DNA of 62,517 nt from an uncultured Clostridia bacterium (GTDB lineage: Bacteria > Bacillota > Clostridia > Christensenellales > CAG-1252): assembly GCA_946648015.1 (NCBI GenBank), contig CAMPCZ010000001.1, positions 1 through 62,517 on the forward strand, given 5' to 3'. The notes under the pieces were generated by a model. It was given only the letters and a program-made list of their open reading frames with translations, had not been told where the DNA came from and did not search any database. A program made the translations under genes and the position numbers. Shown in pieces: positions 38,385 through 47,573 of this stretch. Positions within the stretch are counted from its first letter, which is position 1. Each line of letters begins with the position of its first letter.

Positions 38385-39845
38385 ATGAAAAACAAAACTT
38401 CGGCTATTTTGAGTACCAAATCGGCTTTTGCCTACAGCTTGGGCATTTTGGGCGTGCAGCTCATTTTCGGCTACGTCAACAGCATTCACGCCGAATTCGT
38501 GCGTGACGCATATCAGGCGTTGGACGCCAACATTCTCATGGTGGCAGCCGCCATCATCTTGCTGGCCAAGGTGCTGAGTTGCGTGGCCGACCCCATCATC
38601 GGCTCCATCATAGATCGCAGCAACCTCAAGGGAGGCAAAATGCGCCCCTTCATTTTGTTCAGCGCGTTCCCCTTGGCCATTTTGTCCGTGATCATGTTCA
38701 TCTATATCCCCTTTGGCAATTTGGGCGCGGCGGGCAAATACGTCATGTATCTGTACATTGCCGTAATGACCGCTTTGTGGAATATATCTATGAGTTTCGC
38801 CGACATACCCTCCCAGGGCATATTGGCGCGCCTCAGCCCCGTGCCTGCCGAGCGCAACAAGGCGGCTGCCATCAGCAACACGTGCAAGAGCATCGGCCTC
38901 GGCATACCGGGCGTGATGATCACTTTGGTCACCGTGGTGGTGCCTTCGCTCAAAGAGAACAAGGTCACCAGCTATTTGGTTACGGCGGGCGTGGTGGCGC
39001 TATTGGGCACCGTACTCTATTTGCTCATCTACTGGTGCAATCGCGAGCGCGTGGTTACGGCCAGCCGCGAGCAGGTCGGGTTCAAAGAGATGTTTGTGGA
39101 ACTCAAGGAGAACAAAAACATTCGCATCGTATTTTTGGTGTATATGCTGGGCTTTGGGCGCAATATAGCGCAGTCCATCGCTTTGCAGGCCAGCGGCGCA
39201 CTGTTGGGCGCCAGCCTTACGTTGCCCATCTTGGGCGAGGTCAATCCCGGCCACGACGCCAGTTGGCTCATCGGCCTTACCTCGGCCGTGGTCAGCGCGG
39301 TGGGCTTGGTGGCCATTCCCTTTATCAACAAGCGCTGGGGCGAGCGCAAGTCGTGCATATCCATCTCCCTCGCCTCGGGTGTGTTTGGCATAGCCGGGCT
39401 TATCGTCTATCTGTGCTTCCCGGCCGAAAGCGCTTTTCGCGGCGGCACCACGGCGTTGTGGTTCGTGTGGGTGGTGCAGGCCTTGGTGTCCATCATGTAT
39501 TGCACGCACAACTATATCCCCACCGTGATGACGGCCGACATATTGGACTATCAGGAGTGGAAAACGGGCACGCGCAAAGACGGCGTGGACTACGCCATTC
39601 TGTCTATGAGCCACAAGCTTGCCACCGGCATCAGCATGGCTGCGGGTGTGTTTTTGGTGGGCTTGTCGCACTATGGCACCGAGACGGGCGCCAAAATGCA
39701 AAACATCGTCTTTTTTGCCTACATAGGGCTGCCTGCTATTTGCAGCATACTTAGCACCATACCTATGTTCTTCTACAAAATCGACGCCAAAACGAAACAA
39801 ATTATGCACGCCGAGCTCGAGGTGCGCCGCTCCCAAGAGCAATAG
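38385..39845 (+). CDS. GPH/MFS-type cation symporter (glycoside-pentoside-hexuronide family-like)
   Basis: 12 TM pattern. GPH-type loop motif IDRSNLKGGKMRPFILF. RBS AAAGGAGAGG before the ATG at 38385. Confidence 0.88.
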   Translation: MKNKTSAILSTKSAFAYSLGILGVQLIFGYVNSIHAEFVRDAYQALDANILMVAAAIILLAKVLSCVADPIIGSIIDRSNLKGGKMRPFILFSAFPLAILSVIMFIYIPFGNLGAAGKYVMYLYIAVMTALWNISMSFADIPSQGILARLSPVPAERNKAAAISNTCKSIGLGIPGVMITLVTVVVPSLKENKVTSYLVTAGVVALLGTVLYLLIYWCNRERVVTASREQVGFKEMFVELKENKNIRIVFLVYMLGFGRNIAQSIALQASGALLGASLTLPILGEVNPGHDASWLIGLTSAVVSAVGLVAIPFINKRWGERKSCISISLASGVFGIAGLIVYLCFPAESAFRGGTTALWFVWVVQALVSIMYCTHNYIPTVMTADILDYQEWKTGTRKDGVDYAILSMSHKLATGISMAAGVFLVGLSHYGTETGAKMQNIVFFAYIGLPAICSILSTIPMFFYKIDAKTKQIMHAELEVRRSQEQ

Positions 39846-39860
39846 GCAAAAGGAGGCATT

Positions 39861-41357
39861 ATGATATTGGCAAGTTTATCTATCGGCGCCTACGTCGGCA
39901 TTGGCATTGCCGCCCTCGTGGTGGTGTTTTTTGTGGCGCTCATCATTCGCACCGCCACCTATCGCAAGGACAAAACGCCCCAACGGTTGGTCATCGACGA
40001 GGACGTCAGCCAAGAAGCCGCCGCCACGCATTTGCAGGAGGCCATTCGCTTCTCTACCGTGTCGATGGTGGACGAGTACAAGGACAATTCGGCGCCTTTT
40101 TTGGCGTTTCGTCAATGGATGTTCGATACCTATCCCCTGTTCACCTCGCAGGCGTCTCTTACGGTCATAGCGGGCTACAGCCTTATCTTCCATCTCAAGG
40201 GCACCGATCCCACGCTCAAGGGCGCGTGTTTCTTGTCGCACCAAGACGTGGTGCCTGCGCCTACCGACGGTTGGACGCACGACCCCTTCGGCGGTGAATT
40301 GGCCGAGGACGGCTACATCTACGGCCGCGGCGCGCTGGATATGAAGTGCCACTTGGTGTCGGTTTTGGAGGCGTTGGAGTATCATTTGGCGCACGGCACC
40401 GTATTCAAACGCGACATCTACGTTTGCTTCGGCCACGACGAGGAGCCGGGGCAAAGCTTCGAGGGCGCGCCCAATATCGTCAAGCACCTCAAGGCGCAGG
40501 GCGTGGAGATGGAGTATGTGCTGGACGAAGGCGGCACGGGCATAGAGGGCAAGACCCTCTTTGCCGAAGGTTTGGTGGCCATGGTCGGCGCCGCCGAAAA
40601 AGGCAACGGCGACCTCGAGATCGTGGTGCACGGCACGGGCGGCCACGCCAGCAGTCCCCGCTTCCCCTCGGCCAACGGCCGCTTGGCCGACGTCATCAAA
40701 AAGATAGAAAAGCACTATATGCCCACGCATATCACGCCCCTTTCGCGCAAGACGTTTTTGGCTTTGGCGCCGCACACCAACCCGTTGTTCAAGTTCTTTA
40801 TGGTCAACAGCGACGTGTTTTCGCCCCTTTTCCGCTTCATTTTGGGCAAGGCAAGCTCGGTAACCAACGCGCTTATCCGCACCACTTTGGCGCCTACCAT
40901 GCTGTGGGGGCCCGACGCTCGCAACGTGTTGCCGCGTGAGGTCAAACTCAACGTCAACTATCGCACCCTTACGGGCGACACCGCCGAGGACGTGCGCCGC
41001 CATCTCGAAAAGTTGTTGCACCGCTATATCAAAAAAGGCATTGTGTCCATTCATATGTTGGGCTACTCCGATCCCTCGGCCGTGGCCGACGTGGATAGCG
41101 CCGCCTACAACGTGTTGGCCAAGTCCATTCGCCAAACCTTCCCCGACGTGTCCGTCGTTCCCTACACGATGGTGGGCGCCACCGACTCGCGTTTCTACTA
41201 CCCCCTCACCCAAAACGTCTATCGTTTCGGCCCCTTTGTGTGGGGGTTCGACGACGAGTCGCGCGTGCACGGCTTGGACGAGCGCATTCGCCCCGAGCAA
41301 ATGGGCAGAGCCGTGCAATTCTTTGTCAATTTGATGCGTAACTCTTGCGCCGAATAG
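39861..41357 (+). CDS. Membrane-anchored M20-family metallopeptidase
   Basis: N-terminal TM anchor. Motifs SHQDVVPAP, GRGALDMK, GHDEEPG, LDEGG. Confidence 0.9.
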   Translation: MILASLSIGAYVGIGIAALVVVFFVALIIRTATYRKDKTPQRLVIDEDVSQEAAATHLQEAIRFSTVSMVDEYKDNSAPFLAFRQWMFDTYPLFTSQASLTVIAGYSLIFHLKGTDPTLKGACFLSHQDVVPAPTDGWTHDPFGGELAEDGYIYGRGALDMKCHLVSVLEALEYHLAHGTVFKRDIYVCFGHDEEPGQSFEGAPNIVKHLKAQGVEMEYVLDEGGTGIEGKTLFAEGLVAMVGAAEKGNGDLEIVVHGTGGHASSPRFPSANGRLADVIKKIEKHYMPTHITPLSRKTFLALAPHTNPLFKFFMVNSDVFSPLFRFILGKASSVTNALIRTTLAPTMLWGPDARNVLPREVKLNVNYRTLTGDTAEDVRRHLEKLLHRYIKKGIVSIHMLGYSDPSAVADVDSAAYNVLAKSIRQTFPDVSVVPYTMVGATDSRFYYPLTQNVYRFGPFVWGFDDESRVHGLDERIRPEQMGRAVQFFVNLMRNSCAE

Positions 41358-41370
41358 TGCCAAGTCACCC

Positions 41371-41403
41371 AAAAAGGCACCCCACGTGGGGTGCCTTTTT
41401 GGG
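41371..41403. terminator. Bidirectional rho-independent terminator
   Basis: AAAAAGGCACCCC-ACGT-GGGGTGCCTTTTT. Confidence 0.85.
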
Positions 41404-41422
41404 TATATAGGCTCGTTTCCTC

Positions 41423-41980
41423 TTAGATCTGCTCTATGGTGTCCACCACCAAGTACATATAGGTCTCTAATCCCTTCTCGAAGTATTCGACGTTGCGTGT
41501 ATTCACATACAATTTGCCGCGTATGCGCACGTGCGCGTTGCTGCCCAGATTGAAGTGCGAGCCGTCTTTCATCTCCATACGCACGCCGTTGTCGGGCACC
41601 GAGCCCGCCACGTAGGGGCAAGTCTTCACGGCGTTTTTGCACAACACGTAGTATTGGCTGGTACACGCAAAGGTGTAGCCCTCCATCTCTACGTTGCGTT
41701 GGTTGTACCGTACCAATTCGGCGCTTTGTGCCTCTTGTGCCGTGGTGGGCACGGGCAAGGTGCGGAAATTGACCTTTTGGTACTTGTTGCTTTGGGCTAT
41801 CGCCACCGGAATGGCTATACCGCACACGATGGCGATCACCAGCGCCACGACCACCACAACGATAATGACGCGTTTCCGTTTTTTTGCCCGGAGGGCTTGC
41901 GCCATCGCTTCGGCTTCTTGCTTGCGACGTGCCATTTCTTGGTTGCGTTTCTCTATTTGTCTTTCTTTGTTGGTTGCCAT
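41423..41980 (-). CDS. Single-pass membrane protein (basic coiled N-terminus, Cys-containing ectodomain), last gene of the long operon
   Basis: MATNKERQIEKRNQEMARRKQEAEAM..., then TM VIIVVVVVALVIAIVCGIAIPVAI. 3-nt gap from the upstream permease gene. Confidence 0.75.
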   Translation of the reverse strand: MATNKERQIEKRNQEMARRKQEAEAMAQALRAKKRKRVIIVVVVVALVIAIVCGIAIPVAIAQSNKYQKVNFRTLPVPTTAQEAQSAELVRYNQRNVEMEGYTFACTSQYYVLCKNAVKTCPYVAGSVPDNGVRMEMKDGSHFNLGSNAHVRIRGKLYVNTRNVEYFEKGLETYMYLVVDTIEQI

Positions 41981-41983
41981 AGT

Positions 41984-43210
41984 TTACCTCAAATAGCGAT
42001 TCGGCTCGGTGTTATAGACCATAAGTGCGGGCAACAGCGTCGCCACCAGCCCAACGGCGTAGCTGCCCAAAATGATATACAATTCGCTCACGTACAGTCG
42101 GGTGGGAATGATGACGATGCCCAACATTCTCGTAAACGTGCCGCCTACGATGGCCAAGCCCGCAAAGGACAATAGCCAAGCCGCCAAGCAACTGAGGGTG
42201 AGTATCACCGCCGATTCCAACAACATCGTCAGCAATATTTTGCCGCGGTTGCTGCCCAACGCGCGCAGTATGGCCACGTCGCGCCTGCGCTCGCCCGCCG
42301 AGGTGAACATTGCCAAAAACAGCATATTGAATGCCATTATGATGACGATCACGATGATGGCCAGCACGATTTGACTTGCGTCGCCAAACAGGCTGAAAAC
42401 GTCGTGCAACGTATCTATGGTGTTGGCCAGCGTTACGGCGGTGGCATTGTCGTAGGCGGCCATCAGATTGTTCATGCCCGTCATGTTGGCCGCCACCAAC
42501 ACCAGGTGTATAAATCCCTCTTCGGCGTGGTTTTCTTCCTCCGCTTCCTCCTCTTCCTCTTCGGGCGCCTCGGCGTGCGAGGCCCACACGGCTTGGTAGT
42601 GCGTGTAGGCTACGTTATCCACGGCGGTATTGGTGCGCTCCAATATGCCCACTACGGTGTATGCGAATTGGGCGTGCTCGCCCTCGGCGTCTTGGCTATG
42701 GCTGGCGGTAAACACGTCGCCCACCCCAAGGTGCAGGCTGTCGGCCACCGCGCTGCCCAGCACCACATCGGCGCCCGTCGTTTGGTGCTGCCATTCGCCC
42801 AAATAGCCGCCTTCGGCCGTCTTGTATAGTATTTGGTCGCCTTGCGCGAAGAAGGTGTCGTCGGTGCCGATGACGCGATAGGTGGTGCCCGTGATGAAAT
42901 CGGCCATGGCTATGGGCACGGCGGCGACTACGCCGTCTATCCCCTTGATTTGCTCGTATTGCGCGAAGGGCAGGCGCTTTTTGGGCATATCGTAGAAAAA
43001 CAGGCCGTCCAGCACCAGGTCGGTTTCGGAACAGTTGCCGCCCAATACGTAGGTGTAGCGCTCGGTGGATATGCCGAATTGGTCGTTGACCTGTGCCGAC
43101 ACGTTGACCATTATGAGCATCAAAAGTATGCTGACGGTGCAAGATATGACTACCAGCACGTTGCGCAGGGGTTTTGCCAACAGATTGTTTTTTACAAAGC
43201 GCAACAACAT
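41984..43210 (-). CDS. ABC transporter permease, FtsX/MacB type
   Basis: N-terminal TM, large extracytoplasmic domain, then three C-terminal TMs, which is the FtsX-like architecture. An acidic EEEEEAEEE insert is present. Confidence 0.9.
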   Translation of the reverse strand: MLLRFVKNNLLAKPLRNVLVVISCTVSILLMLIMVNVSAQVNDQFGISTERYTYVLGGNCSETDLVLDGLFFYDMPKKRLPFAQYEQIKGIDGVVAAVPIAMADFITGTTYRVIGTDDTFFAQGDQILYKTAEGGYLGEWQHQTTGADVVLGSAVADSLHLGVGDVFTASHSQDAEGEHAQFAYTVVGILERTNTAVDNVAYTHYQAVWASHAEAPEEEEEEAEEENHAEEGFIHLVLVAANMTGMNNLMAAYDNATAVTLANTIDTLHDVFSLFGDASQIVLAIIVIVIIMAFNMLFLAMFTSAGERRRDVAILRALGSNRGKILLTMLLESAVILTLSCLAAWLLSFAGLAIVGGTFTRMLGIVIIPTRLYVSELYIILGSYAVGLVATLLPALMVYNTEPNRYLR

Positions 43211-43213
43211 AGC

Positions 43214-43876
43214 CTATTCCTCCCCCTGGTTGATATCATAGATATCCAGCACCTCGTCGAATTTGTCGGCGAGGGATAGGTCGTGGCTTATCACCAGCAG
43301 AGTGGCGCCGCAAGCGCGTGCGCTGGCAATGAGCAGATCCATTATGGCGCCGCTGTTGCGCCTGTCCAAATTGCCCGTCGGCTCGTCGGCCAATAGCACT
43401 TTGGGCACGTTGACCAATGCGCGCGCAATGGCAACGCGCTGTTTTTCTCCGCCCGACATCTTGTTGACTTTGCGGGTGGCTTTGTCACCCAAACCCACTT
43501 TGTCCAATGCCTCTTTGGCGCGCTGTTTGGCGGTGGCGGCGCTCAATTTTTGGGTGGCAAAAGTAAGGGGCACCATCACGTTTTCGAGAGCGCTAAAACC
43601 GTCAAACAGGTTGAAATCCTGAAAGACGTACCCCACGTTGTCGGCTCGAAAGGCGTCGCGCTCGCGCTCCGACATAAGTTGTACCATGGCATCCCCCACT
43701 TGCACGATGCCTGCCTCGGGCAAGGCCAGACCCGATATGATATTGAACATAGTCGTTTTGCCCGTGCCCGACTCGCCCTTGATAAAATAGGTCTTGCCGT
43801 CCTCGAACTCTTGGTACGGAATATTCAAAACGACGCGTCCGTCGTACGAACGCTTGATTTCTTGCAAAATGATCAC
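43214..43876 (-). CDS. ABC transporter ATP-binding protein (MacB/LolD-like)
   Basis: Walker A GESGTGKTT, signature MSGGEKQRVAIARAL, Walker B LLADEPTGNLD, H-loop SHD. Confidence 0.93.
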   Translation of the reverse strand: MIILQEIKRSYDGRVVLNIPYQEFEDGKTYFIKGESGTGKTTMFNIISGLALPEAGIVQVGDAMVQLMSERERDAFRADNVGYVFQDFNLFDGFSALENVMVPLTFATQKLSAATAKQRAKEALDKVGLGDKATRKVNKMSGGEKQRVAIARALVNVPKVLLADEPTGNLDRRNSGAIMDLLIASARACGATLLVISHDLSLADKFDEVLDIYDINQGEE

Positions 43877-43937
43877 GAAAAAAATACCTCCTCTATCGTA
43901 GATTGCAGTCGATTGTCGTATTGCGGTCGATAGAGGG

Positions 43938-44237
43938 CTAACAGTTGAGTTTGACCAAAAAGAGGGGGTTTACGGCGCGACGCACGCGGCCGCTTTTGAC
44001 GTAGCGGCGGCGCAATGCTATACCCGCCGATAGGATGAAAACGATCAATGTCGCCGTGCCCGAAAGGCTCATGCAAACGCGGCAAACGGCGCAGTCGCAG
44101 TGTCCCTCTACCGCGTGCATACCGCATATTGTGCAAGCCAAAACCAAGCCGACGACGGCCAGTAGCAGTAGCACCGCTATGGGTTTTGCAACGCGCGGAA
44201 GGGATCTCATAGCCACATTGTATTGCAGTCGACGCAT
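43938..44237 (-). CDS. Small Cys-rich two-TM membrane protein
   Basis: TM-CTICGMHAVEGHCDCAVCRVC-TM arrangement. Packed between flanking genes (4-nt and 61-nt gaps). The start may be at MRSLPR (44210). Confidence 0.5.
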   Translation of the reverse strand: MRRLQYNVAMRSLPRVAKPIAVLLLLAVVGLVLACTICGMHAVEGHCDCAVCRVCMSLSGTATLIVFILSAGIALRRRYVKSGRVRRAVNPLFLVKLNC

Positions 44238-44241
44238 TTTG

Positions 44242-44811
44242 TCAAGAGCGCAACGCTTCGTCTATGCGGGCAAACAAGGCGTCGTATTCGGCCGCCGACA
44301 TTTTGGTTTTGGGCGAGGCCATATAGTGCAAGGTGTGCAGATTGTCGCGGTCTTGGTCGTTGGTGAGCATATCGTACGCTTCCTCTACGGCCGCTTCGCT
44401 TGCTTGCCGGAGGTGCGGCATATTGTCGGCGGCGCGTTGCCAAAAACCGCTGTCGTGCGGCCAAACGGCCTGCATATCCAACCGGCGATAGCCGTCATCG
44501 CTCCATTTGGCGACGGTGCCGTCGGCGCATATTTGGTATTGCGCGCTTTGCGCCACCTCTTTGGAAAAGTCGGCGGGACGCAGCGATTGGTGCGCCAATA
44601 CCAAAAAGCGATAAACGACGTAGTAACCCGCCCAATCGGGCGTCTCCCATACGGCGTTGCCTATGTAGAGGGTAGCGGTTTCTCTTTCCCACCTGCCCTC
44701 GCCGGGGTCGGTTTTGTCGAACACCAAACGCAAGGATAGATGGTGGTAGTCGCAATAGGCGTTGACGGCGTCGGTTACGTTGCGCCTATATAGCGGCGTG
44801 GGGCTGTACAT
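44242..44811 (-). CDS. Hypothetical 189-aa soluble protein
   Basis: Its start codon directly abuts the stop codon of the 917-aa gene. Trp/Tyr-rich. No family recognised. Confidence 0.75.
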   Translation of the reverse strand: MYSPTPLYRRNVTDAVNAYCDYHHLSLRLVFDKTDPGEGRWERETATLYIGNAVWETPDWAGYYVVYRFLVLAHQSLRPADFSKEVAQSAQYQICADGTVAKWSDDGYRRLDMQAVWPHDSGFWQRAADNMPHLRQASEAAVEEAYDMLTNDQDRDNLHTLHYMASPKTKMSAAEYDALFARIDEALRS

Positions 44812-47565
44812 CTATTTTCTCCCCCACAGACCGCGTTTTTTGGGCTTGGCTTGGTCCAATAGACTTTGGCAATAGGCTCTGAACTGCGGGTCGGGCAGTT
44901 TGGCTATGGCCGCTTCGGCTTGGGGCGCGCCCTGCTTGCCTTGCGCCGCCACAAAGCTCATCAGTACCTCGCGCACTTCGGTCGATTCGGCGGTGGCCAT
45001 CTCGCGCGTCGCTTCGGTTTGGGCATATTGACTTAGGCTCGCCGCTACCGCCAACACTTCGATTAGCGCCGCTTGGCGCCGCTCGGCTTTTTCGGCTTCG
45101 TCTTTCTTTTTGGCCGCCTTGCCCTTGGGGCCTGCGTCTTCTCCCTCGGGTACGGCAAAGGGGTTTTGGCGTGCTTCGTACACGTCGGACAGTCGCAATT
45201 CGCCCGTTTTCAAATAGTTGAGCACGGCCTGCAAAAAACAGGTGCCTGCGCCAAGGTTTGCCGCTTGCGCCGCCTCTTTGTCCAAATAGTTGGCCATAGC
45301 CACGCGTAGCGCTTTGTCTTTGGGCAACCGCTCCAGGCTCTCTACGGCGCGGCGAACGTCGCCCGACAATAGGCCTTGTTTCAGCGCCAAATAGTCGGCG
45401 ACGGGGGCAAGTTTGTCGCTATTGGCCGCCTCGTGCTCGCGCGCGTAGTCGCACAACGTTTCGGCACCGCCGACCACGTCGGGGTGGCGAAATACGTCCA
45501 GCGCCGAGTTGCCGATGGCGGGGCGCAGCACCTCGTCGAGGTAGGCCTCGGCAAACGCGGGCGCCGCCTCGTTGCGGGTGTTTGCCAACGTTTCGACAAA
45601 CTCTTTTTCGAGCGCCATCAACGCGTAAATGTCCCCTTTGGCGGGGTGCAGTCTGTTTCCTTCGGCGATAGCCGCCATCAATTTGGCGGCAGAGGACTTG
45701 TTGAGGAAAGCAAAAGAGCGCCACATACGCGCCACTTGCTCGGTGCGTTGCACGATGCCTTCGCGGCACAATATTTCGGCCCACTCACCCAAAATTTTGC
45801 GCGTGGACCAAGCGCCCAATATCACGCCCACCATCATGTTGTACGCAAAGCCCTGCATACGAGGCAACGCCTCCAACAATGGGTGCTGGCGATGGCGTTG
45901 TTCGGCCTCCAGCTCGGCGCACATTTGCTTGGCTACGCGTTGTTGCAGCTCGGTTTTTTCTTGTGAAACGTGGCGGTCTATCCAGTCGGCCAGCGTCAAG
46001 GCCAATTCGTCGCCGTCGGGCAGATTTTCTACGAATACGTCGTACACGAGGTCGCGGCTTGTGGGGCTCAGCTTTTTGTAGTGACGGTCGAGGAAGTCGA
46101 GTATTTGCCCTTGCACGGCCTTGGTGCGTATGGACAGCAGCACCTTGCTCACCACAAAGTCGCGCGTTTCCATCGGCTCGCCGTCAAAGGTGGCGTCGAA
46201 AAACTCAAGTATTTGCGGTTGCAAAAATCCGCCGTAAAACACGCGCGAAAGGTTGTCGTTGATGCGGCGTTTGGTCTCTTCGTCCTCCCCCTTGTAGTTG
46301 GCGCGTATAAAGGCAAACAGTTTGTCGCGCATGATGTCTGTGTGTATCAACTCCAGCACCACCGACATGATCACCCGCTTAGTGCCCGCTATTTCGGTTG
46401 GGTACAACTTGCCGAGTTTGGCAAAAACGACTTTGGGTATGGCTTGGTGCGTCGCGGGGTAGCGATTGAGGCTCTTGCAGGCGTTGATGCGGTATTCGTC
46501 CGACATGGCCTGCCGCGCCTTTTCGTACAGCGTAAAGAAGTCGGTAACGCGGTCGTCGTTGGGCAAAATGGCCGCTTCGTCAAAAAGGCCCGAGCCCGTG
46601 CGGAACAAAAACACCAGGTCGGATAGCGACTTGAGATTGAGCGCGCCCAAGGCGGGCACCTTGCTCACCGCGCGGTGTGTCGATAGCAAAAACTCGCGGC
46701 GCAAGGCGTCGTTGGACAACAGACTATAGAAGAACTCTACCATATTGCCGTTGGCGACTATATCCTCGTCTTTGACGCCCGTCACCGTTTTGGTGCCGAA
46801 GTGGAAGTACGCACCTTTGGCAAGGGGCACGTGGTTGATGTCTTTGTCTACGGCCTTCAGTTTGATATTGGCAAAGCGTTGCAGATCCGACACGCGGGTG
46901 GCAAAGCCCAGCTCGCCGCGCAGATGGTAGGGCATGATTTGCAGCATACTGTTGACAAACCGCAATGCCGTCTGCGAAGACTCGTCGTCGGTGAGTTGGA
47001 AATACACGCCTTTAATCTTGCCGCAGGCGGCGGCCAGCATGGCGTAGATAAAGCGCTTGACGGTCATCAGGTCGAAGGTGTGCAGCACCCATTCGGTGGG
47101 CTCGGCGGCGCGCGGCGCAAAGGCGACCGTGGGATAGTCGCGCATAGGCTTGGCCGCGGGGTTGGTAATGTCGAAGGGCGCTATGTCCTTGACGAATGCG
47201 TCGGCGTTCAAAAGGTCGTAGTCGGCTTGGCACAACACCTCGGCGCTCTCGGCGGGGGCATACACCAAGTTGTGCACCAAATAGGCGCTGCGCTCCCCCG
47301 TGTAGTCGGTGGGCATATAGGATATGCAACTCTGCACCAGCCGCCCGTCTTTGGCCTCGAACTGATAGTAGGCCGCCTCTATGGTGTGGGTACGCAACAG
47401 GGCGGCCTCTTGGGGCGACAGTCTGTTTTCGCACAAAGGCGCCAAATCTTTTTCGATAAATTCGCGCTCCAGATCGGCCGAACAGGCAAACGTATCGAAG
47501 CTGTCGGTACGATTGAACATACTGATTTTGGCCGGCACGCGGCTGTAGAGTTGTTGCGATGCCAT
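44812..47565 (-). CDS. Hypothetical 917-aa protein coupled to pilB (globular N-domain plus long alpha-helical repeat region)
   Basis: Strong RBS AGGAGGG. Starts 8 nt after the pilB stop. No Walker or other catalytic motif seen. The C-terminal two thirds are helix-rich. Confidence 0.85.
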   Translation of the reverse strand: MASQQLYSRVPAKISMFNRTDSFDTFACSADLEREFIEKDLAPLCENRLSPQEAALLRTHTIEAAYYQFEAKDGRLVQSCISYMPTDYTGERSAYLVHNLVYAPAESAEVLCQADYDLLNADAFVKDIAPFDITNPAAKPMRDYPTVAFAPRAAEPTEWVLHTFDLMTVKRFIYAMLAAACGKIKGVYFQLTDDESSQTALRFVNSMLQIMPYHLRGELGFATRVSDLQRFANIKLKAVDKDINHVPLAKGAYFHFGTKTVTGVKDEDIVANGNMVEFFYSLLSNDALRREFLLSTHRAVSKVPALGALNLKSLSDLVFLFRTGSGLFDEAAILPNDDRVTDFFTLYEKARQAMSDEYRINACKSLNRYPATHQAIPKVVFAKLGKLYPTEIAGTKRVIMSVVLELIHTDIMRDKLFAFIRANYKGEDEETKRRINDNLSRVFYGGFLQPQILEFFDATFDGEPMETRDFVVSKVLLSIRTKAVQGQILDFLDRHYKKLSPTSRDLVYDVFVENLPDGDELALTLADWIDRHVSQEKTELQQRVAKQMCAELEAEQRHRQHPLLEALPRMQGFAYNMMVGVILGAWSTRKILGEWAEILCREGIVQRTEQVARMWRSFAFLNKSSAAKLMAAIAEGNRLHPAKGDIYALMALEKEFVETLANTRNEAAPAFAEAYLDEVLRPAIGNSALDVFRHPDVVGGAETLCDYAREHEAANSDKLAPVADYLALKQGLLSGDVRRAVESLERLPKDKALRVAMANYLDKEAAQAANLGAGTCFLQAVLNYLKTGELRLSDVYEARQNPFAVPEGEDAGPKGKAAKKKDEAEKAERRQAALIEVLAVAASLSQYAQTEATREMATAESTEVREVLMSFVAAQGKQGAPQAEAAIAKLPDPQFRAYCQSLLDQAKPKKRGLWGRK

Positions 47566-47573
47566 AGTCCCTC

